DNA of 64,000 nt from Octopus bimaculoides (lineage: Eukaryota): positions 12,381,666 through 12,445,665 of the forward strand of contig NC_068989.1 in the NCBI RefSeq assembly GCF_001194135.2, in the 5' to 3' direction. Below, in pieces: positions 38,924 to 51,003 of the stretch. Position numbers and translations under genes: made by a program. The stretch's first letter is position 1. The number at the start of each line of letters is the position of its first letter. The notes beneath the pieces were generated by a model. The model was not told the origin of the DNA. It saw only the letters and a list, made by a program, of their open reading frames with translations, and did not search any database.

Positions 38924-39118
38924 ATGTATATGTATATACAAATATATAAAGACTCGTGTAAATACATTTAAACATACATACACACGCATACACGTATCTA
39001 GCTGCCGAAATAAATTTCATATAAATGTATATATGTAGGCATGTAGCTATGATCTCTCCACCTCTCTCTGTCGCGCTCTCTGCCGCTCTCTCTGTCACTC
39101 TCTCTGCCGCTCTCTCTG

Positions 39119-39156
<38 letters not shown>

Positions 39157-39179
39157 GCTCTCTCTCTCCCTCGCTGACT

Positions 39180-39630
39180 TTGCTGATGTGTGAAGTCGGA
39201 GAGACAGGCCTGTAGGTTTTGACATCTCCTCTGCTTCCTCCTTTATGGATTGGGCATATTATACCTTCCTTCAGTTTGCATGGCAGCCTGCCATTTGCAG
39301 GAAAGCTGTGGAAGAGATCTGTAGTGGTTTTGCCAGGGCACACTTATGCAATTTGAGGAGGATTGCTGGAAAACCATCAGGACCAGCAGTTGAGTTTGCC
39401 TCCACCTCATGTATGGCTAGTAGTATATCTTCTTCACTAATTTCGATATCCGGTGATGGGAAAATATATATATATTTTCCCATCACCGGTGATATGGCTA
39501 CATCTGCAACCGTAGGGACCTTACCTTCCTTGTCCGCTCATTAAGATATTGGGCTTGTGACTAGTGACTCATATTGACTCTTATTCCTAGCAATGCCTGT
39601 ACCACTTTGTAGCCTCTGTCATATTGGTGA
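39180..39630 (-). mobile_element. CR1-group LINE reverse-transcriptase fragment
   Basis: DIEISEEDILLAIHEVEANSTAGPDGFPAILLK..ALAKPL, then frameshift to GRLPCKLKEGIICPIHKGGSRGDVKTYRPVSPTSHISKV. Confidence 0.9.
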
Positions 39631-39687
39631 CGTCTGTATACATACATACATACATACATACCTACCTACATACCTACATATATACAT

Positions 39688-39748
<61 letters not shown>

Positions 39749-40068
39749 NNNNNNNNNNNNNNNNNNNNNNNNNNNNNNNNNNNNNNNNNNNNNNNNNNNN
39801 NNNNNNNNNNNNNNNNNNNNNNNNNNNNNNNNNNNNNNNNNNNNTATCATTATTAATCATTGGGCAGCAAAATAAATTTTAGAAATTTAATTTACCACCA
39901 GTGGTCCAGGGAGAATAAAAAAATAGTCAATAGACTACATATATATTATTCATTTAAAATATAGAGATGCCTATAATAGGACATCTACCCTCTAGAAAGA
40001 GTAGCAAAAAACTCTATACCACAAAAATAGGGATAATTTCGAAAGAGAATGAAAAATAAAAACATGGT

Positions 40069-40103
<35 letters not shown>

Positions 40104-40729
40104 AATCATTATTTATTAATCACAGCTATATCTAAACATCGATTGTCATTGAAAATTTCTAATTTTCGAGCATCCTCTCTGCAATACACTTTGTTTCTGT
40201 ATCTTAAATTGAATCTCATTTTCTTTGATGTTTATTTTGTTCTGTAGTTTTGTTTCCCCCTTTCTTACGCCTGATATACAACGCTATTCCTATATATTTT
40301 TCTGCAAAATTCTTTTCGCCACCGTTCACCACACTATGTCAGATTTTATTTTGCATTTGCTTTTTCCTTAAACGTTTCTCAAGATGCATATGGCTCGTCT
40401 TCAACAAGGCCCATGTATTTCAATTTCTTCCACAATCAATTTTATGACAAAATGAGATACGGTAAGTTGAGAGAGATAGATGAAATCGAATGCTTATTGG
40501 GTGTATATATATTTTTCTCAACAAAAATAAGAGATAATATGTGCTGGAAAAATAACTATTTACATATAGTCACGCATGCCTTAAGGTTTCCAGTGATGTC
40601 AGCATTCTTACATAAATCTGCATAATGACAAATTTGACAGATATATTAATATCTATGAATGACTATAACCGTGTATATATACGTATGTATGTATTTATAT
40701 TTATATATATATATATACACACACACACA

Positions 40730-40825
<96 letters not shown>

Positions 40826-41197
40826 CACATACACACATACACACACACATACACACATACACACACACACACAAATATATTCTGCCAAGTAGACCCGTTA
40901 GTTACATACTTGCAACAAAATAATCCATTGGATCGCGAAATTTGAAGAGGTAAAAGGAAAACATAGAGAATATGCAACTTATGCGGAGGAAAGAATCGAG
41001 GTAATACTACCTAAACCCCACGGTTTTCCTGGCTTCCAAATCTGGCCGATATCCATATAGGCTGTATACATTAATACATGATATAGATAAAGACAAATTC
41101 CCGCACGCACTCTTACACGTACATACATGCAAACACATAGACACACACAAACAGATTCTGATACAGATAGACAAACACACACTCAAACATGTATACA

Positions 41198-41246
<49 letters not shown>

Positions 41247-41551
41247 TCAAATTACGGTGAACGTAAACAAAGCAACGAAGTTTGCTTTTAGAAGCGTTGA
41301 GATATCTTAGAAAGTTAAAGAAGTGATTTTAAATTCTCAAACGCAGTATAATGCTAATAATATAGCCTGAACAGGATAAGCTACGCCTATTTTGCAGAAA
41401 AAAAAAGTGTTGGCGGCCAGCTATGAGATATATTTTGTCATATGCGAAAAAAAAATGCCTGAACAATATACGGCCTAGGTAATAGATATCGTTTTAATGA
41501 AAATGAGGTTATAATTCCAAGTGACAAGTGAATCAACTTGAGCAGTAAAGA

Positions 41552-41594
41552 CGGATAAATGTGTATAAAAATATAGTATTATGTGACCACCCCC

Positions 41595-41648
<54 letters not shown>

Positions 41649-41693
41649 ATACGTATATATATATATATATACATGTATATATATATATGTATG

Positions 41694-41772
<79 letters not shown>

Positions 41773-41815
41773 GGAGGTGGTCACATAATACTATATTTAT
41801 ATACGCATTTATCCG
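41552..41815. repeat. Inverted repeat with ~45 bp arms enclosing a TA/TG microsatellite core
   Basis: cggataaatgtgtataaaaatatagtattatgtgaccacccccat versus the reverse complement of atggaggtggtcacataatactatatttatatacgcatttatccg; 3 mismatches. Confidence 0.9.
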
Positions 41816-42282
41816 CAACGACCAATCTTAAAAACAATTGGATCTTACTTACAAGGTATTGGAATCTTATATGTATACCATTCTGCCTAAACATTGAATT
41901 TACAAATACAATATCCCTACATTCACTCTTAACTAAACTAACTATTGCTTAATCATCCAATAGAATTCTGAGTCCGATTTCTGGATAAATATTAGGAGAA
42001 GTGCTGTGCTCATGACGGATATTGACGTAGAAACACTGGTTAATAGCTGTCACCTAGCTTCTGCATAATCAAACTAGTTTTTCCTTGATTGGATGTCAGC
42101 TTTGATCCTTGATTTGCTACGAAACTGCGTGCCAACTAGTTTCTCATACATCAAAAATATACTTTCTGTATATTCATATTCAGATTTCTGTGTATTCATA
42201 TGTAGATTTTATATTTGCTTTTGTTCTTCAAAAAGACTACAATAGCTATTCTGCCATATTTCACTTAGCTCATTTTTGTTTC

Positions 42283-42337
<55 letters not shown>

Positions 42338-43177
42338 CTTACACATTTATATATGTATGTACATATAAACTGCGACAGAGAGCGGGTGAGAGAAAATGAT
42401 AGATAGATAGAATGATAGATAGACACTAGGAATAAAATGGCAATAAAATTATTTGATAAAGCATTTAAATTCAATACGATCATAATAAACGAAAACATAA
42501 AAGGACAGATGGACATAAATTACTGTAAATGTATCGACATAAAGTACTAATAAAATAAAATAAAATATGCTCTGGTAAAAAAAAAATGGAGAAAATAATA
42601 CGTTACAGTAGAATGAGTACATTAGACAAGATAATGATTAAATCTGAATTGATAGAGATGAAGGTTAAATTCCTTCAGGAAACCATATGGACGTTCTTTA
42701 TTGTAAATCAACTATCTTGGTGACAGGAGACTTGGAACAGAATTTGCTGCTTGTCTGCGAAATATTCAACAAGTTCAGGTTTGTTAAATATGGGCAAATA
42801 TCTTTTCTGGAGGAAAACTTTCTAAACCTCTGAACTCGAGGACATTACTGGTATGGGAAGAAGTTGTAAACAACAAGGGTGAATACATTATTGATTAATT
42901 AGTTGTTATTTCTTATTAAACCTTTCAAAAAATGTAATTTAAAAAAACGGTGGGAACTTATTTACTAACCCAATAGATTAAAAAAAAAACGAAAAAGTAA
43001 GTACATAAAAGAAATAAATAAAATAAAATAAAATGAGCGTGAATAAACAGGCGATACTAATAATGCCGGTACCACACACACATTTACCAAACATAGACAC
43101 ACACAAGGATACAGGCACAAAATGGCAGATCGTTAGGAAAGAGAGAGACAAAATAGAATGAAGAAAGCAAAGAACGA

Positions 43178-43211
43178 CTGATGAAGTCACAGAAGTGTGA
43201 CGAAAGAACTC
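43178..43211 (+). ncRNA. Hammerhead core and stem II only (stems I/III not intact)
   Basis: CUGAUGA-A-GUCACA-GAAG-UGUGAC-GAAA-GAACUC. Confidence 0.45.
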
Positions 43212-43349
43212 TGACCGAAATATAATTAATATGAAGTAAAGCTGAAGCAAGCAAACACCGAATATAATAATGTGCGTGTGTTTTCATTGGCTGAATTGGC
43301 GAAATGACCGTCCCCAAATAGAACAATATCTGTTTCAAAGCACGAGTTC

Positions 43350-43650
43350 ACATCAAGAATTTGAACTCAGAACGTAAAGACGGACGAAATACCAGTAAGC
43401 ATTGCGTGTTAACGTTTTTGCCAGCTCGCCGTCTTTCTTGATATATATATCCGTTATAAGGCGGCGAGCTGGCAGAAACGATAGCACGCCGGGCGAAATA
43501 CTTAGCGGTATTTCGACTGTCTTACGCAGAGGTCGACTGTGCCTTTTATCCTTTCAGGGTCGATAAATTAAGTACCAGTTGCGTACTGCAGTCGATCTAA
43601 TCGACAAGCCTCCTCCCTAAAAATTTCGGGCCTTGTGCCTAGAGGAGAAA
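43350..43650. mobile_element. SINE family A head on the minus strand (43355-43432), head-to-head with a full plus-strand copy (43458-43650)
   Basis: gaatttgaactcagaacgtaaagacggacgaaata...gccagctcgccg, then aaggcggcgagctggcagaaacg. Confidence 0.85.
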
Positions 43651-43660
43651 AGACACGTAT

Positions 43661-43818
43661 ACATTATTTATATTATTTACATTTGATGAATATTTGTCCT
43701 CATCTTGTTTGTTAACACAATATTTCGACTGATATACCATCGAGCCTTCATCAGGTATCTTGGGGAAATTTCGAACCTGGGTTTTCATTCCTAAGGTATT
43801 TTCAATGTTATTATTATC

Positions 43819-43853
<35 letters not shown>

Positions 43854-43938
43854 CATCATTGTCCAGGTCAATGCTTAGGATCAAACTCGGAATCTTGGGG
43901 TTAGTAGCCCGCGCTCTTAACCACTATGCCACATGTCC
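43661..43938 (-). mobile_element. SINE-like element: tRNA-like head + (AAT)n + hammerhead + tandem tail
   Basis: A-box TGGCATAGTGG (43931-43921); B-box-like GTTTGATCC (43886-43878); (AAT)n 43808-43855; hammerhead 43759-43714; tail (TAAATAAT)x2 at 43661-43680. Confidence 0.7.
43714..43759 (-). ncRNA. Minimal type I hammerhead ribozyme with intact core
   Basis: GAUAC-CUGAUGA-A-GGCU-c-GAU-GGUAU-AUC-AGUC-GAAAU-AUU-GUGUU. Stem I GAUAC/GUGUU; stem II 4+3 bp; palindromic AUAU stem III; cleavage triplet AUU. Confidence 0.75.
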
Positions 43939-43939
43939 G

Positions 43940-44150
43940 TTTCTACTCTAAGCACAAGGCTTGAAACTTTGGTGGGAGGTGGCCATTCGATTAGAACGAC
44001 CCCAGTATGCTACTGTCACTTAATTTATCGACCTCGAAAGGATGAAAGGCAAAGTCGACATAGGCGGAATTTGAACTTAGAACGTAAAGACGGACGAAAT
44101 ACCGCGAAGCATTTCGCCCGGCGTGCTAACGTTTCTGCCAGCTCGCCGCT
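43940..44150 (-). mobile_element. Full-length SINE family A
   Basis: gaaaggatgaaaggcaaagtcgac...gcgtgctaacgtttctgccagctcgccgc. Confidence 0.9.
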
Positions 44151-44483
44151 TTTCTTGATACGTACACTGAGTAACGAAAGTGGGGAAAAAATATTCATGA
44201 TGTCAACAATGTTATTGGTAAGTAAAAATTTTAGGCCAGGTATCTGTATCTTGATCTAAGGGATAATAACGTAATTTTCTGTCATTTGATATACGACTAT
44301 CGATTTTTACATCATGTGAACCAATGAGAAGCAACATGAAATTCCATCACGTTCTCAAAATCTAGAGATTGCTATGCTAGCATTTATCGATTTCAGAAAT
44401 CCTTCGACATTACAATTTGTTAAGATTTCCAGACAATTCCATTTTCTTTCAAACAACTTCCTGTATCACTTTGTTGTAGCATT

Positions 44484-44484
<1 letters not shown>

Positions 44485-44543
<59 letters not shown>

Positions 44544-44686
44544 CACTACTACCACTACTACTGCTGCTGCTGCTGATGATACTGCTACTACTACTACTAC
44601 TACTACTGCTACTACTACTACTACTGCCACTACTACTATTATAGCTACTACTGCTGATATTACTACTACAACTACTAATGATAATA

Positions 44687-44718
<32 letters not shown>

Positions 44719-44725
44719 GATGATG

Positions 44726-44761
<36 letters not shown>

Positions 44762-44866
44762 TTAATATTGGTGGAGCCACTGGCGTCGCGAGCATTACAA
44801 CTGCTACCACAATACCGTAAAAAAACTCCACCAACACATCAGGAACAATATAAGGAGGAACTGCAG

Positions 44867-44907
<41 letters not shown>

Positions 44908-44914
44908 GCTACTG

Positions 44915-44957
<43 letters not shown>

Positions 44958-44960
44958 ATT
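44485..44960. repeat. Compound trinucleotide repeats (ACT/GCT/GAT/AAT)
   Basis: Direct reading; explains ORFs 44374..44820 and 44466..44975. Confidence 0.95.
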
Positions 44961-45468
44961 AACGACCGCCGACACTGCTTACGATACATTAACAAAAATG
45001 TAGAGCAGAAATTTACGTTTAACTGTTTAACTTACAGCTACGCTATCAGATCCGTTACAATTTTTGCTGCTCCCTAAATAACACCACGTCACATACTTGT
45101 CAGTGCTGCTGCTTCTAAAGTTGCATCAGCTGCTCATTGAACCTGTTACGGTAACTGCATTCTTTTGCCAGCTTAATTTGAAAGGAAATGCTAAGTTGTG
45201 GATTCAAATCAGAACCGAACTTATTCAGTCTACAGGAATGAATTGGATCAGGAATCCACGCTATTTAGGTCGTTGCGACACAACGGGTCACGCTGACATT
45301 TTGTTCGCTAATGGAATAACAGTCTTTACAATCTTCTTGGTTTCATTTAATGCATTGATAGGAACTTGTGTTCTACATACATATATATAAATATATATAC
45401 ATACATACATACATACACACACCCTCATATATGCAAACGTATATATATATATATACATACATACATAC

Positions 45469-45524
<56 letters not shown>

Positions 45525-46052
45525 NNNNNNNNNNNNNNNNNNNNNNNNNNNNNNNNNNNNNNNNNNNNNNNNNNNNNNNNNNNNNNNNNNNNNNNNNNNN
45601 NNNNNNNNNNNNNNNNNNNNNNNNNNNNNNNNNNNNNNNNNNNNNNNNNNNNNNNNNNNNNNNNNNNNNNNNNNNNNNNNNNNNNNNNNNNNNNNNNNNN
45701 NNNNNNNNNNNNNNNNNNNNNNNNNNNNNNNNNNNNNNNNNNNNNNNNNNNNNNNNNNNNNNNNNNNNNNNNNNNNNNNNNNNNNNNNNNNNNNNNNNNN
45801 NNNNNNNNNNNNNNNNNNNNNNNNNNNNNNNNNNNNNNNNNNNNNNNNNNNNNNNNNNNNNNNNNNNNNNNNNNNNNNNNNNNNNNNNNNNNNNNNNNNN
45901 NNNNNNNNNNNNNNNNNNNNNNNNNNNNNNNNNNNNNNNNNNNNNNNNNNNNNNNNNNNNNNNNNNNNNNNNNNNNNNNNNNNNNNNNNNNNNNNNNNNN
46001 NNNNNNNNNNNNNNNNNNNNNNNNNNNNNNNNNNNNNNNNNNNNNNNNNNNN

Positions 46053-46071
<19 letters not shown>

Positions 46072-46099
<28 letters not shown>

Positions 46100-46127
46100 G
46101 ATAGATAGATAGATAGATAGATAGATA
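46072..46127. repeat. Spacer-less palindrome (TATC)n/(GATA)n
   Basis: ...ctatctatc|gatagatag... centred between 46099 and 46100; 28 bp arms. Confidence 0.9.
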
Positions 46128-46254
46128 AATACATGCGCAAATACATAAATACATAGATATACATGTACATACATATATAAATATTCATATATACATATAC
46201 TTATATATATATGCATATATTCATAGAAATCGTATGTGCCTGTGTCTCTCTATC

Positions 46255-46502
46255 TCTCTTTACTCTTTTACTTGTTTCAGTCATTTGACTGCGGCCATGC
46301 TGGAGCACCGCCTTTAGTCGAGCCAATCGATCCCAGGACCTATTCATTGTAAGCCTAGTACATATTCTATCGGTTGTTTTGTCGAACCGCTAAGTTACGG
46401 GGACCTAAACACACCAGTATCGGTTATCAAGCGATGTTGGGGGGACAAACACAGACACACAAACACACATACACATATATATACATATATATACGACGGG
46501 CT
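46255..46502 (-). mobile_element. SINE family B 3' part, truncated at a mariner junction
   Basis: tactctttttacttgtttcagtcatttgactgcggccatgctggagcaccg...atatacgacgggctt. Confidence 0.9.
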
Positions 46503-46774
46503 TATAGGCTTCTGAGCAGGTGTCACCAAGCTTTTGGTAAAATTTGATGCAGATTCTCTGCTCAACTTTTTGTCTCTCATAATCAATGTGACGATCACAC
46601 GCCACACACCTTCTTTCCAAGCACTGCTTTAAACAACGGAAGTGAGCTAGAAGGGTAAAACTTATCGCGCATGCACAACAGAGTTGAACGTCAATCTGTG
46701 CCAATCAGCTTTACTTTGCGTACTTTAACTGCGTTACTATGACAACAATTCGGATACTTATTGATCAGACCACG
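46503..46774 (-). mobile_element. mariner element 5' end (TIR and start of transposase)
   Basis: TA at 46775-76 then cgtggtctgatcaataagtatccg; KVEQRICIKFYQKLGDTCSEAY matches the mariner N-terminal EQR..IKFC.KLG motif. Confidence 0.8.
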
Positions 46775-46899
46775 TACACAGATATCTTTGAAATTCATTT
46801 TACCACTGGTTGGATTCAAATTCAGAGTCATTTCATAGCAATTTGAATAAAGTCTAGATAGCAAGTATTCGTGAGAGGTATTTAGTGCAAAATGCGATA

Positions 46900-47110
46900 T
46901 ATGATGTCTGTGTTGAAGTTTGTCACACCAATCTCTCCTGTTCTTGGGTGGCCCGTTTAGTCCGTCTTTTGGGCTGGCATTGTCACATGATCCACTAATG
47001 CTATTACCAAAATGCAGTCTCCCTTAAGGATAACTTTTTCCATCCTCCTATCTGGAAGGATGTGAAAATTGTCCATAGGTCTAACGAACGAAAGAAAGGA
47101 ATTGAAACGA
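46900..47110 (-). mobile_element. Possible very old LINE C-terminal remnant
   Basis: FHILPDRRMEKVILKG..GPPKNRRDWCD loosely resembles the RTE RM.D.RLPK.IL.G..GRP..RW.D motif. Confidence 0.3.
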
Positions 47111-47522
47111 TTGTATTGTCTGAAAATTGAAAATGAAATTCAAAGCAAAAGAAAACTACTCGTATAATAAAGCACGTATTTGTTTAGGGGACAAATATTT
47201 GCTTAGATCAAAATATTTTGAATTGTGACGAGATTCTTGAGGACACGGAAGATCGTAGACAGCGTTCAGCGATTTGCTGTGATCATTATTGAAAACAATT
47301 GGAAATTCGGTTCAAAACTAAACGTTGATCATCCCCAATTTCACAGGATAATCGTGGCAGCTTATTTAGAGGTTAAAAGAAAAATTTTCAATTAATGTAG
47401 TGCAGCATTGACTGTCCCCATGCGTTAAAAGAAAATCACGAAATCTGCTTTGCATTTCTGTCCAATAAAATTGATGACTTTGTTGATAATATTGTCACAG
47501 TTGAAACAGGTGTCAGAGGTGT

Positions 47523-47669
47523 CTACATATTACTTCTTTGCGGTAACCGACCGCGTCCCGCAATATTGCCGCGGCAACACATTTTTTCTAAACGGAACAT
47601 ATCTGAAGTTAGTTCTTCGGTTATTTCTTCTTTCTTGATCAGCAATATCTTAAATACTGACGACGCCAT
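47523..47669 (-). CDS. Weak candidate first coding exon or small ORF
   Basis: gtaATGGCG start; MASSVFKILLIKKEEITEELTSDMFRLEKMCCRGNIAGRGRLPQRSNM*; local CpG-rich patch at 47540-47580; only weak donors. Confidence 0.2.
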   Translation of the reverse strand: MASSVFKILLIKKEEITEELTSDMFRLEKMCCRGNIAGRGRLPQRSNM

Positions 47670-48628
47670 TACAACGGGATATTATTTCCGGTTATGCAAT
47701 AAAATTCATCAAGTATTGCAGCGTTTAGCTCCTATATTATTCAATAGGAAGGAACAAATTTTTCTCCGTTATTCATATTGCGAAATGTCTCGCAAAACTT
47801 CACGGAGGAAATGTTTGGAATGATATACAAAGATATATCAGATATTTGTCTTCTATGACTGGCTTCTATTTTAGTAGCTAAACACTTTCGAAAAGTCCAT
47901 CAACTTCGGGAGTCTAGAATTCTCTCCTACCAGAATAAATAATCTTGTTCCTTTCCGACATAACTTATAGATTCTAATAGATAACATTTCCATAAGAATA
48001 ATAAAATAGTTTCTGAGTTGATGTACATTGTTTTATAAAACCCGTTACTGTTTTTGCACCGACATGATACTATCTGGTTCTAAGGTAGTCGCTTATATCT
48101 TCTGGAGTTTCTGTGCTATAGTTCCTACATGAATCTGAAGAAACAAAATGATGTATCGAACTGATTGGATGTACTGAATTATTTAGTGCTTCTCAGAAAT
48201 GACACACGTAGTAATCTATTTTTAATCCTCTAACATATATGCAGCTTCTATTGATTTATTGGAGAAATGTGATGAGACTATAACAAACGCTTGAGATTTT
48301 TATCCTGTCACCACTTCTATATCTAGCAACGAAGCTGCTATCTCTCAATGACCTGTTCCACTTAGTTGTATTCGGGTTACACAACGTTAAATGAATTCCT
48401 ACTTTAAATATTTGCTCCAATCTGCATTTGAAGAGAATTATTGTGGCTAACATTGAATCTACACACTGACATGACAGGAGGATCATCTTCAATATATCCA
48501 AATTTATAACGAATGTAATCATAAGCTTTTATTTATTAAAGGATCTTTCTGTTCACTGTTTATTATACAGTTATCCAAGCGCATATTCCGGTTTTGATTA
48601 TCGATTTAAGACTTCTTATTATATCCCT

Positions 48629-49021
48629 GTGGAGGTGCAATGGCCTAGTGGTTATGGCAGCAGACTAGCGGTCGTAGGGCCGCAGTTTCGATTCCCAGAC
48701 CGGGCGTTGTGAGTGTATATTGAGCGAAAACACCTAAAGCTCCACGAGGCTCCGGCAGGGGATGGTGGCGAACCCTGCTGTACTCTTTCACCACGACTTT
48801 CTCTCACTCTTACTTCCTGTTTCTGTTGTGCCTGTAATTCAAAGGGGCCAGCCTTGTCACACTGTGTCACGCTGAATATCCCCCGAGAACTACGTTAAGA
48901 GTACACGTGTCTATGGAGTGCTCAGCCACTTGCACGTTAATTTCACGAGCAGGCTGTTCCGTTGAACGGATCAACTGGAACCCTCGACGTCGCAAGCGAC
49001 GGAGTGCCAACTAACTAACTA
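48629..49021 (+). mobile_element. Full-length SINE family C
   Basis: A-box tggcctagtgg; B-box gtttcgattcc; (AACT)n tail; TSD attatatccct (48618-28) / attatatctct (49022-32). Confidence 0.92.
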
Positions 49022-50282
49022 ATTATATCTCTAACACCCTTAATGCGTTTTGTTTTAGGCAAAACTAGGGTATCATATTTTATTTGCTCTGCTCCCCTAA
49101 AATGTACTAATATTTAAGAGCCTTTGTGCTTAGTCATTATCGATTTCGAAATAATTTTATGCTTCATTCCATTATTTAAAATTAATGATCTGATGTTGTT
49201 TTGTGGTTGTTTCATTATTGTCGTGTAGGGGTATGTGAATTTTGTGAAAAAAGGAGAAAACGGAAAAAGCAAATAGAACAATTTTCAATGAAAGAATCTT
49301 TGTTTAATTCGGAAATCTCAAAGAAGAAACGAAACAATCATAATAAATCGGATGATGATAACGATAATGGTGATGACGAAGATGACGTTGATGATGATGA
49401 TGATGATGATGATAATCATCATCATCATAATCTCGAAACCATTAATCCAACAATAACTAATGCAATAAAAAAAAATATCGAGGTTCTTGGAAATCATTCC
49501 CCCAACCAAAACACAAAATACCATTCTTGGTTTCTCAGATCAATTGAATTACTTTACATTGACGTGATATCGGCTTTCTATCGCATCTATTTTTTTGTAT
49601 TCATCTAAATATTTCTTTTATTCTTTTATTCATTTTCCGCACATTCAAATATTTCAAGACACATTTTTCGCTATTTTTGCATTTTTTTTTATTGTCGTTT
49701 ATCATATATTTTAGATAATAATTAAACCTAAATTAACAGTCACAAAAGTTGTTGCGGCTACGATTAATAAATTCTAATAAATATATAATTAGTTCGAGGA
49801 GTCTTCTACTAAATCGGAAATAAAAATATATTTCTGCTTTCAGAAGTACAGAACCAAATTACAATATTAGTATTGGAATGCCAAAGAACACAATGTTAAA
49901 GTTAGAGCTTAATATTTCATTATTTTAGAAACGTGACAGTCGCTTCGAAGTTTCGCCAAATCTAGCTGTTCAAACATTTCTAGAATTGATAATCATATAT
50001 AAACGGTAGAGAAGAATCACAGACAGTATTAATAGCTGTAATGTTTGGAGAAACATTACCAGTAAATAATAGTATATCAAACATTTATAGAAAATGACTG
50101 AAGTAAATCTATGATGAAACAGAAGAGAAATAATGAAATAATAGTAATTATGGATGAAGACTCTGTTATTAAATTTGAAAAGCTACTATGCGTTATTAAA
50201 TAATATTGTTAATGAGAACTGTAAAAATATCTCATTAATAGGGTTACATACAAGTTATGTTAGAGTTATGTATATGATATAT

Positions 50283-50470
50283 AACGGTCGTGAGCTGGCA
50301 GAATCGTTAGCACACTGAGCAAAATGCCTTGCGGCATTTCGTCTATCGCTACGTCCTGAGTTCAAATTCCGCATGAGTCCGACTTTGCTTGTCATCGTTT
50401 TGGGGTCGATAAAATAAGTACTAGTCGAGCATTGGGATCGAAATTATCGACTACTTCCCTCACCGAAATT
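50283..50470 (+). mobile_element. SINE family A
   Basis: gagctggcagaatcgttagc...ggggtcgataaaataagtac. Confidence 0.85.
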
Positions 50471-50669
50471 TCAGGGATTTTTTCCGGTGTAAGGGAGATA
50501 ATCAAAGATGTTGGGGATGACTAGGTTTGATTAATTTAACGTGAATTGGTTTAGAAGGAATAGAATATTACAAGTGGTTAGGTTTTGGCTTATATTTTTC
50601 AATGAAGAAGGTTTCCTTATTTAATCTAATTTGTGTTGGTGTTCCAATGGCACGTTATATATATACATA

Positions 50670-50800
50670 TATATATGTTTATGTCCCCGTTACTTTTTTG
50701 TCCACGTTTTTTGACGTCCTGTACCCGGATATACATCTATATATACATGTAGATCTAGGTATGTACAAATATGTATGTATACATGCATATGCTCATATAT
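50670..50800 (+). mobile_element. Second copy of the repeat at 19370-19600
   Basis: cgttttttgacgtcctgtacccggatatacatctatatatacatgtagat. Confidence 0.55.
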
Positions 50801-51003
50801 AATTTGTGTATATATATATATATNNNNNNNNNNNNNNNNNNNNNNNNNNNNNNNNNNNNNNNNNNNNNNNNNNNNNNNNNNNNNNNNNNNNNNNNNNNNN
50901 NNNNNNNNNNNNNNNNNNNNNNNNNNNNNNNNNNNNNNNNNNNNNNNNNNNNNNNNNNNNNNNNNNNNNNNNNNNNNNNNNNNNNNNNNNNNNNNNNNNN
51001 ATA

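Noticed and set aside
45097-45390. 97 aa ORF with a transmembrane-looking end, and antisense [27 protein letters not shown]
   Set aside because: Cannot tell which strand, if any, is coding; phase is incompatible with the upstream candidate exon; no homology recognised
47006-47121. Strong acceptor ttttcaattttcAG with two open frames, as exon 2 of the 47669 ORF
   Set aside because: One frame resembles a decayed LINE C-terminus and the donor is weak, so it was not called as an exon
49930-50006. Plus-strand AG..GT segment encoding KRDSRFEVSPNLAVQTFLELIIIYK
   Set aside because: Short, weak donor and no partner exons identified
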